DNA of 64,000 bases, from assembly GCF_009914755.1 (NCBI RefSeq), contig NC_060928.1; one strand, 5' to 3'. The DNA is from the human T2T-CHM13v2.0 reference genome, Homo sapiens. Below, in pieces: positions 44,151 through 59,549 of the stretch. The position numbers were made by a program, and so were the translations under genes. Positions within the stretch are counted from its first letter, which is position 1. Each line of letters begins with the position of its first letter. The notes below the pieces were generated by a model. The model made no database searches and was not told the origin of the DNA. It saw only the letters and a list, made by a program, of their open reading frames with translations.

Positions 44151-44774
44151 TTGTATGTCTATACAATTTTATGTTGAATTTCAAGACAGCAGTAGGATAA
44201 CCTTGGGTTATTACTTCAATGCATAGTTTGCTTCTCTCTTTTTCTTATAAGACTTTGTGTGTAGTGCTTCGGATGTCTCTTGCAGCTACACATCAGTTTC
44301 CCCTTATTATACCTAAATTTTCTCCTCTGCTTGCTTTCCTTTTTGTCTTTTACTGCATTTTCTTTATTAATTATGTATGTTTCTTTTTTATGTTGATACA
44401 TAAAATGCTTTAAACATATCCTTACAAACTGAAAATACTATTTTATTTTAATTTACATTATAATTATTTCTAAATAGGTTATATATTTTACCTACTGATA
44501 TTCAATTACTATTTCTCTGAAATTATATTTTGATTATAATAGTGGTTAAACTCACAAATTGAAATATACTTCTTTCATTAAGAAATGTAGATATTAGTGC
44601 TGTCACTTTATGTTATCCTGAAAAATTTTAGCTCCACTACTTAGCAGTAGCATAGATTAAAGTATATTGTTTTATAATTTTACAGTTAACATTTTAAAAT
44701 TAAAGTTTATAATTTTTCATATCTGCTTTTTCATTAGGTTGTTCAAATTTATATGAACTAACTTTTCTCGCCAG

Positions 44775-44962
44775 CAGCATGTGAACTAGATAATTCTTTT
44801 GGTAAGGCTGTACAGTGAAGTCCAAGATGTTAGCTGCTTCCTTCGTCTCTACTCACTGATGCCAGTAGTACCTCATATTTGTGGCAATTAAATGTTTCCC
44901 GACATTGCCAAATGACCCCTGGGCAGGTGAGAGATAAAAGTCACCAGAGTTGAAAATTGCTG
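44775..44962 (+). mobile_element. MER20 (hAT-Charlie MITE)
   Basis: gataattcttttgg...gatgttagctgc...ctctactcactgatgccagtagtac...gacattgccaaatgacccctggg...gttgaaaattgctg. Confidence 0.8.
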
Positions 44963-45917
44963 AATAAATCAACATAGATCCCAGCAGCAGGCTCTTTTTC
45001 CACCTCTGATTGCTGCCTCCCAGACGTCTTCCACGATGCTGTTTCTCCTACTTACCAATTACATATTTATGTTTGTAACGCCCAATTTTTTGTCTCCCAT
45101 GTTTTATATTTAATGCCCATGATGGGTAGTCTATAAATGTGGTTTCAATAATATTGGGGACATTTTACATAAAATACATAGTCAGTCTAAATCAATAAGT
45201 TGATATAACTATAATGTTTTAAATGTAAAGAAATTAATTTTTTCTAATTCAGTAGAAAATGGGATTGAAATTGTAAGCGAATATTGAGCCTCCACCCTGT
45301 ATCTTCTGCATTAAGCCCTGTTTAGCTGGTAATAGTCTTATTTTGCCAGTGATTCAAAATCAGCAATTAATTGTATACATTTCAGGTTGCCTAACAGAGA
45401 GGACATAATAATCATTCAGGACTTACATAACCTGATTAACTGAATAATCACCAAATATTGCTGTGGAGGTCGCTAAAATATAATAATAAAGTTCACCTAT
45501 TTATAAAAATTAAAACATTGAAAATTGGCTGCAACATTAAATCGATAAACCTTTCAATGCAAAATAATTTAATTCATGTCTTATGTCCCTCAAGTGTGAT
45601 ACATTCCTTAATGCTGCTTTTTAAAAAAAATTTTTTTTAAAAACTTCAAAAAAATGCTGCTTTTTAAAAAAACTTTTTAAAAAATACATTCCTTTTTTCT
45701 TTTTTTTTTATTATTATACTTTAAGTTTTAGGGTACATGTGCACAATGTGCAGGTTAGTTACATACGTATACATGTGCCATGCTGGTGCGCTGCACCCAC
45801 TAACTCGTCATCTAGCATTAGGTATATCTCCCAATGCTATCCCTCCCCCCTCCCCTAACCCCACAACAGTCCCCAGAGTGTGATGTTCCCCTTCCTGTGT
45901 ACATGTGATCTCACTGT

Positions 45918-49693
<3,776 letters not shown>

Positions 49694-49696
<3 letters not shown>

Positions 49697-49904
49697 TTTT
49701 TCAAAGTTTTCAACTTCTTTGCCTTTGGTTTGAATGTCCTCCCTTAGCTCAGAGTAATTTGATCGTCCGAAGCCTTCTCAGCTTGTCAAAGTCATTCTCC
49801 GTCCAGCTTTGTTCTGTTGCTGGTGAGGAGCTGCGTTCCTTTGGAGGAGGAGAGGCGCTCTGCTTTTTAGAGTTTCCAGTTTTTCTGTTCTGTTTTTTCC
49901 CCAT
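49694..49904 (-). pseudogene. ORF1: L1 ORF1 N-terminal remnant (codons ~1-72) with a 5-nt frameshifting deletion
   Basis: ATG at 49904: MGKKQNRKTGNSKKQSASPPPKERSSSPATEQSWTENDFDKLR, then a frame shift, then EGFGRSNYSELREDIQTKGKEVENFEKN. Confidence 0.93.
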
Positions 49905-50806
49905 CTTTGTGGTTTTATCTACTTTTGGTCTTTGATGATGGTGATGTACAGATGGGTTTTTGGTGTGGATGTCCTTTGTGTTTGTTAGTTTTCCTTCTAA
50001 CAGACAGGACCCTCAGCTGCAGGTCTGTTGGAGTACCCTGCAGTGTGAGGTGTCAGTGTGCCCCTGCTGGGGGGTGCCTCCCAGTTAGGCTGCTCGGGGG
50101 TCAGAGGTCAGGGACCCACTTGAGGAGGCAGTCTGCCCGTTCTCAGATCTCCAGCTGCGTACTGGGAGAACCACTGCTCTCTTCAAAGCTGTCAGACAGG
50201 GACATTTAAGTCTGCAGAGGTTACTGCTGTCTTTTTGTTTGTCTGTGCCCTGCCCCCAGAGATGGAGCCTACAGATGCAGGCAGGCCTCCTTGAGCTGTG
50301 GTGGGCTCCACCCAGTTCGAGCTTCCTGGCTGCTTTGTTTACCTTAGCAAGCCTGGGCAATGGTGGGCGCCCCTCCCCCAGCCTCGCTGCCGCCTTGCAG
50401 TTTGATCTGAGACTGCTGTGCTAGCAATCAGGGAGACTCCGTGGGCGTAGGACCCTCCCAGCCATGTGCGGGATATAATCTCGTGGTGCGCCGTTTTTTA
50501 AGCCCATCGGAAAAGCGCAGTATTCAGGTGGGAGTGACCCGATTTTCCAGGTGCTGTCCGTCACCCCTTTCTTTGATTAGGAAAGGGAACTCCCTGACCC
50601 CTTGCGCTTCCCGAGTGATGCAATGCCTCGCCCTGCTTCGGGTCGCTCATGGTGCGTGCACCCACTGACCTGTGCCCACTGTCTGGCACTCCCTAGTGAG
50701 ATGAACCCAGTACCTCAGATGGAAATGCAGAAATCACCCGTCTTCTGCGTTGCTCAGGCTGGGGGCTGTAGACCGGAGCTGTTCCTATTTGGCCATCTTG
50801 GCTCCT
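49905..50806 (-). promoter_or_regulatory. L1 5'UTR (internal sense promoter with YY1 site; antisense promoter region)
   Basis: YY1 motif caagatggcc on the minus strand at 50791-50800 and a complete 5'UTR. Activity cannot be shown from sequence. Confidence 0.75.
50360..50570 (+). pseudogene. ORF0: L1 ORF0, disrupted
   Basis: ATG at 50360 gives MVGAPPPASLPPCSLI, then TGA at 50408-50410. The remainder (VGVGPSQP..LVVRRFLS.SEKR) lies in ORF 50441-50668. Confidence 0.85.
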
Positions 50807-51756
50807 AAAAAAATACATTCCTTAATGCTGCTTTTTAAAAAAACTGCTGCTTTTTAAACTTGTTTTTTAAAAAACAAAAAATTTTGTTTGTTAAACTTAA
50901 CTTTCTCCTAGAATTTTGAAGTTTTAATACCTATAATATTGTCTCTATTTCTGTCCATCTACTGGTAAATTGAATGACAATAAAATAAATTTAATGTTTT
51001 TATCAAATAATCTCAGCAGGAATGTTTGTTTTCTTAAGGTATGGTTTGCTGCAATCAAACAAAATGTAAGTAATATAATTTATTTTGTCAAATTAAAATA
51101 GAAAATGATCAATATTTAGGAAATATTTAATGCACTCACATATGTAGTATGACCAAAATTAAAAGGGAGTTTTATGATTTACTGTATGGCTTCCAAATGT
51201 AGGATGCAAGTGGCCAATTCTCACAGTAGGTCATTTACTCAAAACAGTCTGAAATTATTAAACTAAAACTCCTGAAAAGACAGTTAAGTGTATTCTAAAT
51301 ATCACCTGCACCCACCCCACTACACACACACCAAAATAAGAAACCTTAGTTTGTGTTTAAACTTTGACATGACTCGATAAGAAATTTGTCTCAGTCATTT
51401 AAATATTCAAGTTTAATGCTTAGTGTGGGACAGGATATTATTATCCTCATCCTCCTCTGTCACTTCCTATGACTCTATCACCATCATCTGTAAGAGTTAC
51501 ATCATCTCTTACCTTGGGAAAAACCAAGCAAATATGTATTATGATTTGCACTTTATGCACAAGATATCGCAGAGAGATTATGCTATTATATTTTCCTCAG
51601 ATAGAACATATTCATAAGAGAATGCACATAAGATTTACAAGATAAGCAAGTTTTGACCAAGCGAGGTTTCCTTGGGGCAGCAGAAGGGAGAGAGAAGAAC
51701 ACTTTTTTACGGCCACAATCGTTTAAGAAAAAAGAGAAAAGAAAATAAGCCAGGCA

Positions 51757-52102
<346 letters not shown>

Positions 52103-53741
52103 TTATACGACAGTGAGAAGCATGGTTATTGAGCTCTGGCTAGCTTTAATTAGTCCCATTAGGGATGGATATGCGGGAGGGAGAGAAGGGACTCCAAATC
52201 TTCTTGCAGAATTGCCCTATACCATGGAGTCCAAAAGGAAGCATACCAGATCTTCAGAAGACCTAGGACTGGGCACTCATGTCCACTACCTTGAGAATGT
52301 CCCAGAGCATGAGTAAATTTGATTATTTTTCCTCAGGGTATTTTTCTTCAGGACAAGGGCAGCCATTTGCTACAAACACATGTTATCAGAAATTACATCT
52401 GCTTTTATCTCAGACCTAGACTTCTCAGAGAATGTGTTATCAAGGCCTTTTAGAAAGGTTCCAAGGACATTAGATAGGACATGTATTATTATCTAAGATA
52501 CAAATAATATGACTGGGTCTGAATAAAATATCCACACAAAAGCTAAAGATTATCTAAAAATATAAGGCTCATTCTTTTAAAATGATTTTAAAATGTAATA
52601 ATGTATCTAATTCTGGCTTGGTTGAATTTGGATATTATAACAGTGACCCACATGGTGGCCTATGGTGTGACCAGCATTGCCATGGTCCTCACTAGCTTGG
52701 AGAAACATGTTGCACAGCATACATTTGGTAACCAGAATAGAGGTCTAAAAGCATTTGTTTCATGAGACACAATCTCTCTGCCATAATTAGACTTAGCTAA
52801 CTGACATCATCTGACTGCAAAGAAGTAGCCTATACATATCTCCTCTTTCCTTTCTGTCCCACAGATGAAATGTGCTTTTTATTTGCTATATCCAAGTTTA
52901 GAATAAATCCAGTAAGTGTATTGTATATGAGCAACAAAATGAAGGCCAATGGCTGGAGTGTAGCAGAGAAGAACAATGAGGCAGGTCAAACCCGATCAGG
53001 GTACGTTGTCCCTGGTAAGGAGTTGGAATGGTTTTCTACGTCTAACATGGATTCTTAGCTAAGATATGATACTTTTACTGGGCTTTTGAATATAAGCACT
53101 AAATGACTTTCTTTGGAAAAATGCAACCTAGAGGAATATCACAAGAATTGTTTTTTCAGATTCTTATGATAAAGTGCTGTCTTTAAATAGAAAATATTTT
53201 TATTATTACCATGAACTTTGTACTGAAAGTAAAACATAGCACTGAGAGAGAGGGGTTTTTCTTTGGCATTGTCAAATCAAAATAATGACTCTTGTTATAA
53301 AAAGGAGGTTGTTGTAAAACTTCAGAAAGTTGCAATTTTATAGGATTTGTATAACATTTTGAAGGTTGAAACATATTAAAAAATCATATAATGTATCATA
53401 AATCCACCAGCTAGCTGAAAATTAGTCATAATAAACTCACAATAAGGGAATTTGTTCCCTCCTTATCATGCAAACTGATAAAGCTTACATGCTTGGCTTA
53501 GGACACAAATTTTGTGCCAACAACGATTCCCTGTTACCTGTGAATAAGAATGAATCTCCTCTATAATTCAAGCAAAGACATTTGCCATATTAAAATCCAG
53601 CAGGAAATACTGACTATGTTAGGTTTCATCTACATCTATTTATACATATATTCATTTATTCTCTATGATTTTAAAAAGAATCTATTGTGTGTAATGCAGT
53701 GTATAAGATCACTGAAACAGGTAGACATAATATAGATTTGG

Positions 53742-53801
53742 GATAACACCACCTAGATAACATCACCTAGATATATCTAGATATATCTAGAATATATCTA
53801 G
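53742..53801. repeat. Compound tandem/palindromic micro-repeat
   Basis: gataacaYcaccta x2 followed by ~3 copies of gatatatcta, including a 24-bp perfect palindrome at 53767-53790. Confidence 0.85.
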
Positions 53802-54669
53802 CTAACTAGCTATGTAAACTGACCTGTGACTTTCAAAGACTAAAAAATTGCTTCACTAACAATGTATGGGGTTAATCCATACTTTATTACTGGGATCTGT
53901 GATTGACACTCATCTTAAAAGATATATTCTTTCCATAGATGCATGATTCATAAGGCATCTTAAATATAGGCAGCTATATGGTTGAAAATTTGTTTACACT
54001 GGTAAATTAAAAAGTGGTGCGTATTATACCTTTCTTATGCTATGTATTAGTGTCAGAGTTACAGAATATATATCAATTAGCTGAGTTTATTAAATTCTGG
54101 TTTTAGTCCAGTTGAGGATTAGATAAAGAATGTCCATAAACAGTTTAATAAAAGAGCATGTAATAACAAGAAAACTCACAATATTTTAAGGCTCATAAAA
54201 CGGAAAAATAAAAAATAAGCACTGAATATGTCTTTTTCAGGAGAAAGGAGGCTATAAAGTCATATATTTTTGTATATATAATGAACTCTTAGCTCTTTAT
54301 TTTCTCAGGGCTGAATCCTTAGCAAACATGTACATTTTCTATCTATCTATTGACAAACAACGCACACACAATATATATTTATATATATATATATGAAAAT
54401 ATATTTGCAAGTTTGCAATCCTGAGTGTCACAATCTATAAACATTACCAAACCACCACCACTCCTTATGCCACCAAAGTAAGAACACAATTAATAGAGGA
54501 AATGGAAGAAACATTTCATATATATATATAAAATCATGTGCTCCAAATTCCAGGAAGATAATTTTTACTGAGAAATTAGAAACTGAGCCTCTATTTGCAA
54601 TGGCAGAAAAAAACTCATAAAGATTAAATATGTGGTTTATAGTTGTACTAAGAATCTCCTGGTATAAAA

Positions 54670-54780
54670 CAAATACATGGTATGCATTCAACCACTATGT
54701 TTGTTACATTAGGCTAGACACTGCAGGCATAGAGCCAATTAAGAAACAGGCTTTGCCCTCAAGACACTTATAGTCTATAA
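54670..54780 (-). mobile_element. L2 3' fragment
   Basis: aaatacatgg...actatgt...aggctagacactgcagg...aagaaacaggctttgccctcaagacacttatagtcta. Confidence 0.55.
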
Positions 54781-56129
54781 AGTAGTTTTAAAACAGTGCA
54801 GTTTCCTGGAGCAGTTGTGTAACTTTCTACTTTCTTCTGAAAATAAAACCTGGCAGTTTTCAAGGGAAAGCACTCTGTTCACTAGTTTTGCATATTTCAT
54901 TTGAGGGGGATTGCCATCTTCTTTCATATTTCTAGATACAGCATTCATTTTCTTAATGCAATAAATGTGTAACATACACTGAACCATGGAAATTGATTGA
55001 AAGGTAAATGTATGTGAACTAAGTTAATCTAATTTGAGTGAAGCTAAAAATATTTGATTATAGTTGAAGGTACAGATTCTATCTCCCCTTCTAGGCATGA
55101 TAGTATAGGCTGGGAAATTTAAGCTTCCATGGCTATGACAATAGGATTGTATCTGTTAAGAAATCAGAAAGATGCCAGCTCTAAGAATGTAGAAGTGATA
55201 ATGACCTTGGTGTTATAAAGCGAGTCCAACTTTTTGTCCCTCATAATGACATTGAGCTTCCCCAACAATATTCATTCCTTGAACAAATAAATTTTTGTTA
55301 TAAGTGAACAGATTGGTTTCTTGCATGGAAGTCCAAAAATTACTGAATGATAAAATAATAAATAAAATTTTAGCAGCTGGTAGACAGCCAAGTTTAGACA
55401 TGCATAAAATAGGTATATGAGTGGCCACAAAAATAGTAAAGAGTGGATCAGTGAGCAAATAGACAAATATGTGCTGATATATAATAAACCGAAAATGTAA
55501 ATGGAAAGAAAACTCTGTTTAAAAGGAAATGTAGGGTGATAATTTTTAGATTTGTTTTTCTAAATATCATAACATGAAAATATAATTCAAATGGTAATGA
55601 GATTCATAAAAATTAGAATTCCTACCAATGATGCAATAACTATAAGAGGTACAAGGAATAATAGGAGATAAAAAATAAACAAGAAATATTCCATGCACAA
55701 GAAGATGTACTAAAGAATGTAAGACAAGTGTACTATGGCAAGATATTGTATTATCAGTGTTACAAGAGAAGTACGAAAATATTGTAGAAATTCAAATTTG
55801 AAAACGGGAATGTGAACAAGAGATAAGCAATATTTCAAAACTCTAACGGGAATATGTAGACATTTAACGATTATGTTTAACGAAAGTCCGTGGTACACAG
55901 AGGAGTACTGTGGAAATTTAAAAAGGTTATTTGCAGCTGTGTTTTGAGGTTACTAAGCTGAGATGTTTATATATAGGCGACATCAGTTTTTTTTTTTTTT
56001 TTTTTAAGCAAAGGAGGGGTATGAGGAGGACCAATCCTTAAGAAAGTTTAAATATGAGAGTTTTTAGGTGCTTGGACAAATTCTAAGATAAGATATGCTC
56101 ATATGGTTATCTAAAGCAACAACTCTTGG

Positions 56130-56132
<3 letters not shown>

Positions 56133-56165
<33 letters not shown>
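56133..56165. repeat. (GT)16 microsatellite
   Basis: Read directly from the sequence. Confidence 0.97.
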
Positions 56166-56166
<1 letters not shown>

Positions 56167-56826
56167 ATGCACATGCCCATGTATATGTATTTATTTCTGA
56201 GAGCCATTACCTTTCATAAGGATGAAATTTTGCCTATGGTTAAAGTACATAAAATAAAAGATAATAGCAAAGTGGTGTTGCAGAGGAAACCAACCTTGAA
56301 GAGGTATATAGAAAAAAAAGACACTGTAAAATGAAAAATACCAAAATCTCAGAAGAAAACAGAGGATAGAGATGCTTCCAGCAGGAGATTTTGACCAACA
56401 TTTTTTTTATTTTAAAAGAAGGGATAATTAATGAGTTCATATAAATGGCTATAAATATGATTCTTAACATACTAGGTAACAAACTACCTAAATAAAAACT
56501 AAAATCCCATTCCTACAACTATATAAGAAAGTGCATAAAAACTCTAGTGAGTATATAGCAAATATTACCATGAACTAAGATAATAATGGTAATTTATTCA
56601 CTTATAGAATCTCCTCTGCTAGGATGTTAGGAAAATAAAACAAAAATGTTAATGGTTCTAAAATTCATCAAATCAGTGTTATACTTGATGCAAAGTATGA
56701 CATGGATAAAGTATAATATTTAAAGCAAGTAGTCTGTACTCTGATTATTAGTTCAAGTGGAATGCTTGTCACTGTCCGAACAGGTTTGCTGAAGAAGCTA
56801 GTTGTGTCTCAAATAGGGAAAGAAAA

Positions 56827-56945
56827 TTATATATATATATATGTATATTATATATATAAAATGTATATATATATCATATATATTTTATATATATATCAAA
56901 TAGGGAATATATATGTTCCTATATATGTTCTTTTTACATACATAT
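56827..56945. repeat. Degenerate (TA)n
   Basis: Read directly from the sequence. Confidence 0.8.
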
Positions 56946-57654
56946 GAGGTCTTATGACTACTTGTTGTAGATGAATGAATGAATTCTTTAAAATTAATTT
57001 TGAAAAGGAAACAAGCATTAATAATTACTTTGAACTTGAATGATTAACTACCATTCCAGAAAAATTTTGATCTGACAGTTTTAGTTAGAAAAATGTTATT
57101 CTCATAAAAGCAGGAAAATTTGTTATACCAACATATATTTCTGAATACTTCATTTAGTTTATATTATTAGAAAATGTTTCTGTAGAACTCCCCCCCAAAA
57201 TTGTTATTATTTATTCTTGACCAATGAAAACTGTTAATTAGTTGAAAATATTTAATCCTTATATGTTTTTGGATACCACTGAAACAATTATTAGAACACA
57301 ATTAATTTTAAGTGTTATGGTTTGTCAATATATTTACAAATCTGTAGAGTCTGATTAATTGATCTTATTTGAAACAAGTTTTTTAAATTAATGTTAGTTG
57401 TCTCATTTAAACAAGAAAATTTCTCTTACTGAATTTTCCAATGGCTTCTTTGTTAATAATCTCTGGATGACATTAACAGAACTGACCTTCAGGGAATGGC
57501 ATTCAGAGAATATTAATTAGAAAAAAACTTGCTTACAATTCCATTAATATTTAGTGAATATTGATAAGATTGTATAATGGGTCATCAGATAATTTTGAAG
57601 ATGAAATTAAGCAAGCATTTACAGTAAACACATTAATTATTAAAATAATACAGT

Positions 57655-57815
57655 AGATGAAAAAGGGAATTATTATTTAATGGTTACAGAGTTTCTGGGG
57701 TGATGAAAAAGTTTTATAAATGGAGATAATGGTTGTAGAACACTGTGAATGTATATTTACAAATGATTAAAATGGCAGAAGTTGTGTTGTACATATTTTC
57801 CACAATAAAAAATTA
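57655..57815 (+). mobile_element. L1MB-type 3' end fragment
   Basis: gggaattattatttaatggttacagagtttctggggtgatgaaaaagtt...cactgtgaatgta...atgattaaaatggc...atattttccacaataaaaaa. Confidence 0.75.
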
Positions 57816-58225
57816 TTTACAAAAATAATACAATAGGAACAAAGCAATGGGGGTGGGAAATGTTCTTATAATTTGAAAATTGACTGTTAGAGAACAGGAA
57901 TACAATGTAGTCTTTAAGTATAAATGAACTAAAATTCACTTTGCAGTGATAAAAAACCCACCTATGAGTGAACATAGGAAACACTTCTTTGTAAGAATGC
58001 CAACCTTAGTATGTGTATGTGTAATGAGAAATATTGTGGAGGACATCTTTTGAAAATACAATAAATATTTGCCACAATTAATATAACTTCACATTATTGC
58101 TGAAAAATGTAGAGGTCTAGTTAGAACATTAAAGCCAAGTAACTTTCCAATTTAGACAAAACCATGAGTTGTCATCAATCTCTATCCACTGATATTTTTG
58201 GATGACACATAATAGCAATGGCGTA

Positions 58226-59549
58226 TGTTATGGTTTGAATGCCTGACCCCTCCCAAACTCATGTTGGAAATGAATTGCCATTGTAAGACTGGTAAGAAGC
58301 AGCCTATGACTTAGGCAGGCCCAGGTGCACCCTGTGTGGCAGCACCACAGGGCACAAGCACTAAGCTTTGGTGGAGTCCATTTGGTGCTAATTATGCAGG
58401 TACAAAGAGTTTGTAAGCTGTAGGGCCAGGGTGGCCTCCACCTAGATTTTAAAGAGTGTATTGGACAGCCTGGGGGCCCAGGCAAAAATCTGCCACAAGG
58501 GCAGAACCACCACAGGGAATTTTCATTTTGGCAATGCTTAGTGGAGCCAAAAAGAGTGTGGCTGTTGCTGAGACCTCAGAACTCTTAGACACCAGTGTGC
58601 AGCCCCAGCCTGAGAGCTGGAGGCACAAGACTCTGACCAATGAGAACTGCTGCATAGGCTAAGCCCAGCTAAGTTGTGGTTTGCAGGAGGCCCAAGGCCT
58701 TGAGGGCCTAACTCCTAGCTCAAAATGCCCAGAAGGTGGGGTATGGAGTCAAAGGAGATTATTACGGAGCCTATGTAACAAACCTGTACGTTGTGCACAT
58801 GTACCCTATAACTTAAAGTATTAAAAAAAAAAGATTCAATGCTGTTCTCCCTATTAGATTTTGAAGATACTTGGAATCAGATACCCCTCTTTTCTTGTCT
58901 ACTTCTTCCTTTTGGAATGGAAATGCCCATCTTATGCCACCATTGTATTTTGGAAGCATATAACTTGTCTAGTTTCACCGGCTCAGAGCTGACAAGAAGT
59001 TTCTCTCAGGATTAATCATGCGTTGAATCTCACTCATCTCTGATTTAGATGAGACTGGAATTTGGAGTTGATGTTAGAATGAAATAAGACTTTTTTGGAT
59101 ATTGGAATGGACTAAATGTATTTTGTACGCGAGAAGAATGTTAGTTTTGGGGGCCAGGGACAGAATGCTATGGTTTGAATACTTGTTCCCTTCCAAACTC
59201 TTATTGAAATTTAATTGCCATTTTAGCAGCATTAAGGAGTGGTAACTTTAAGAGATGATTACGCCATAAAAGTTCTGCCTTTATGAATAAATTAATGCTA
59301 TTATTATGGAAGTGTGTTTCTTATAAAAGGATGAGTTCAGTCTCTTTTGTGTCTCTTTCACCATCTCTGTGCCTTCCATTATGGGATGTCTTCTGCCATG
59401 GGATGACACAGCAAGATGATCCTTGCCAAATGTTGGCATCTTTATCTTGGACTTTCCAATCTCCAGAACTATAAGAAATAAATTTCAGTTCTATCTAAAT
59501 TATCTGGCGTATGGCATTCTATAAAAGCAGCACAAGACAGACTAAGATA
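58226..59549 (+). mobile_element. MaLR MST element (MSTB-like): ~60-bp 5' LTR stub, deleted internal region and complete 3' LTR (59166-59549)
   Basis: LTR start tg(t/c)tatggtttgaat...ccaaactc at both 58226 and 59166. MST-int motifs (ccacctagatttt; ggagtcaaaggagattat), PPT ggggccagggacagaa and LTR end cagactaagata. Confidence 0.9.
58770..58832 (+). mobile_element. ~52-bp L1PA (about PA4-7) extreme 3' end plus poly(A), inserted in MST-int
   Basis: cctatgtaacaaacctgtacgttgtgcacatgtaccctataacttaaagtatt followed by A10. Confidence 0.9.
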
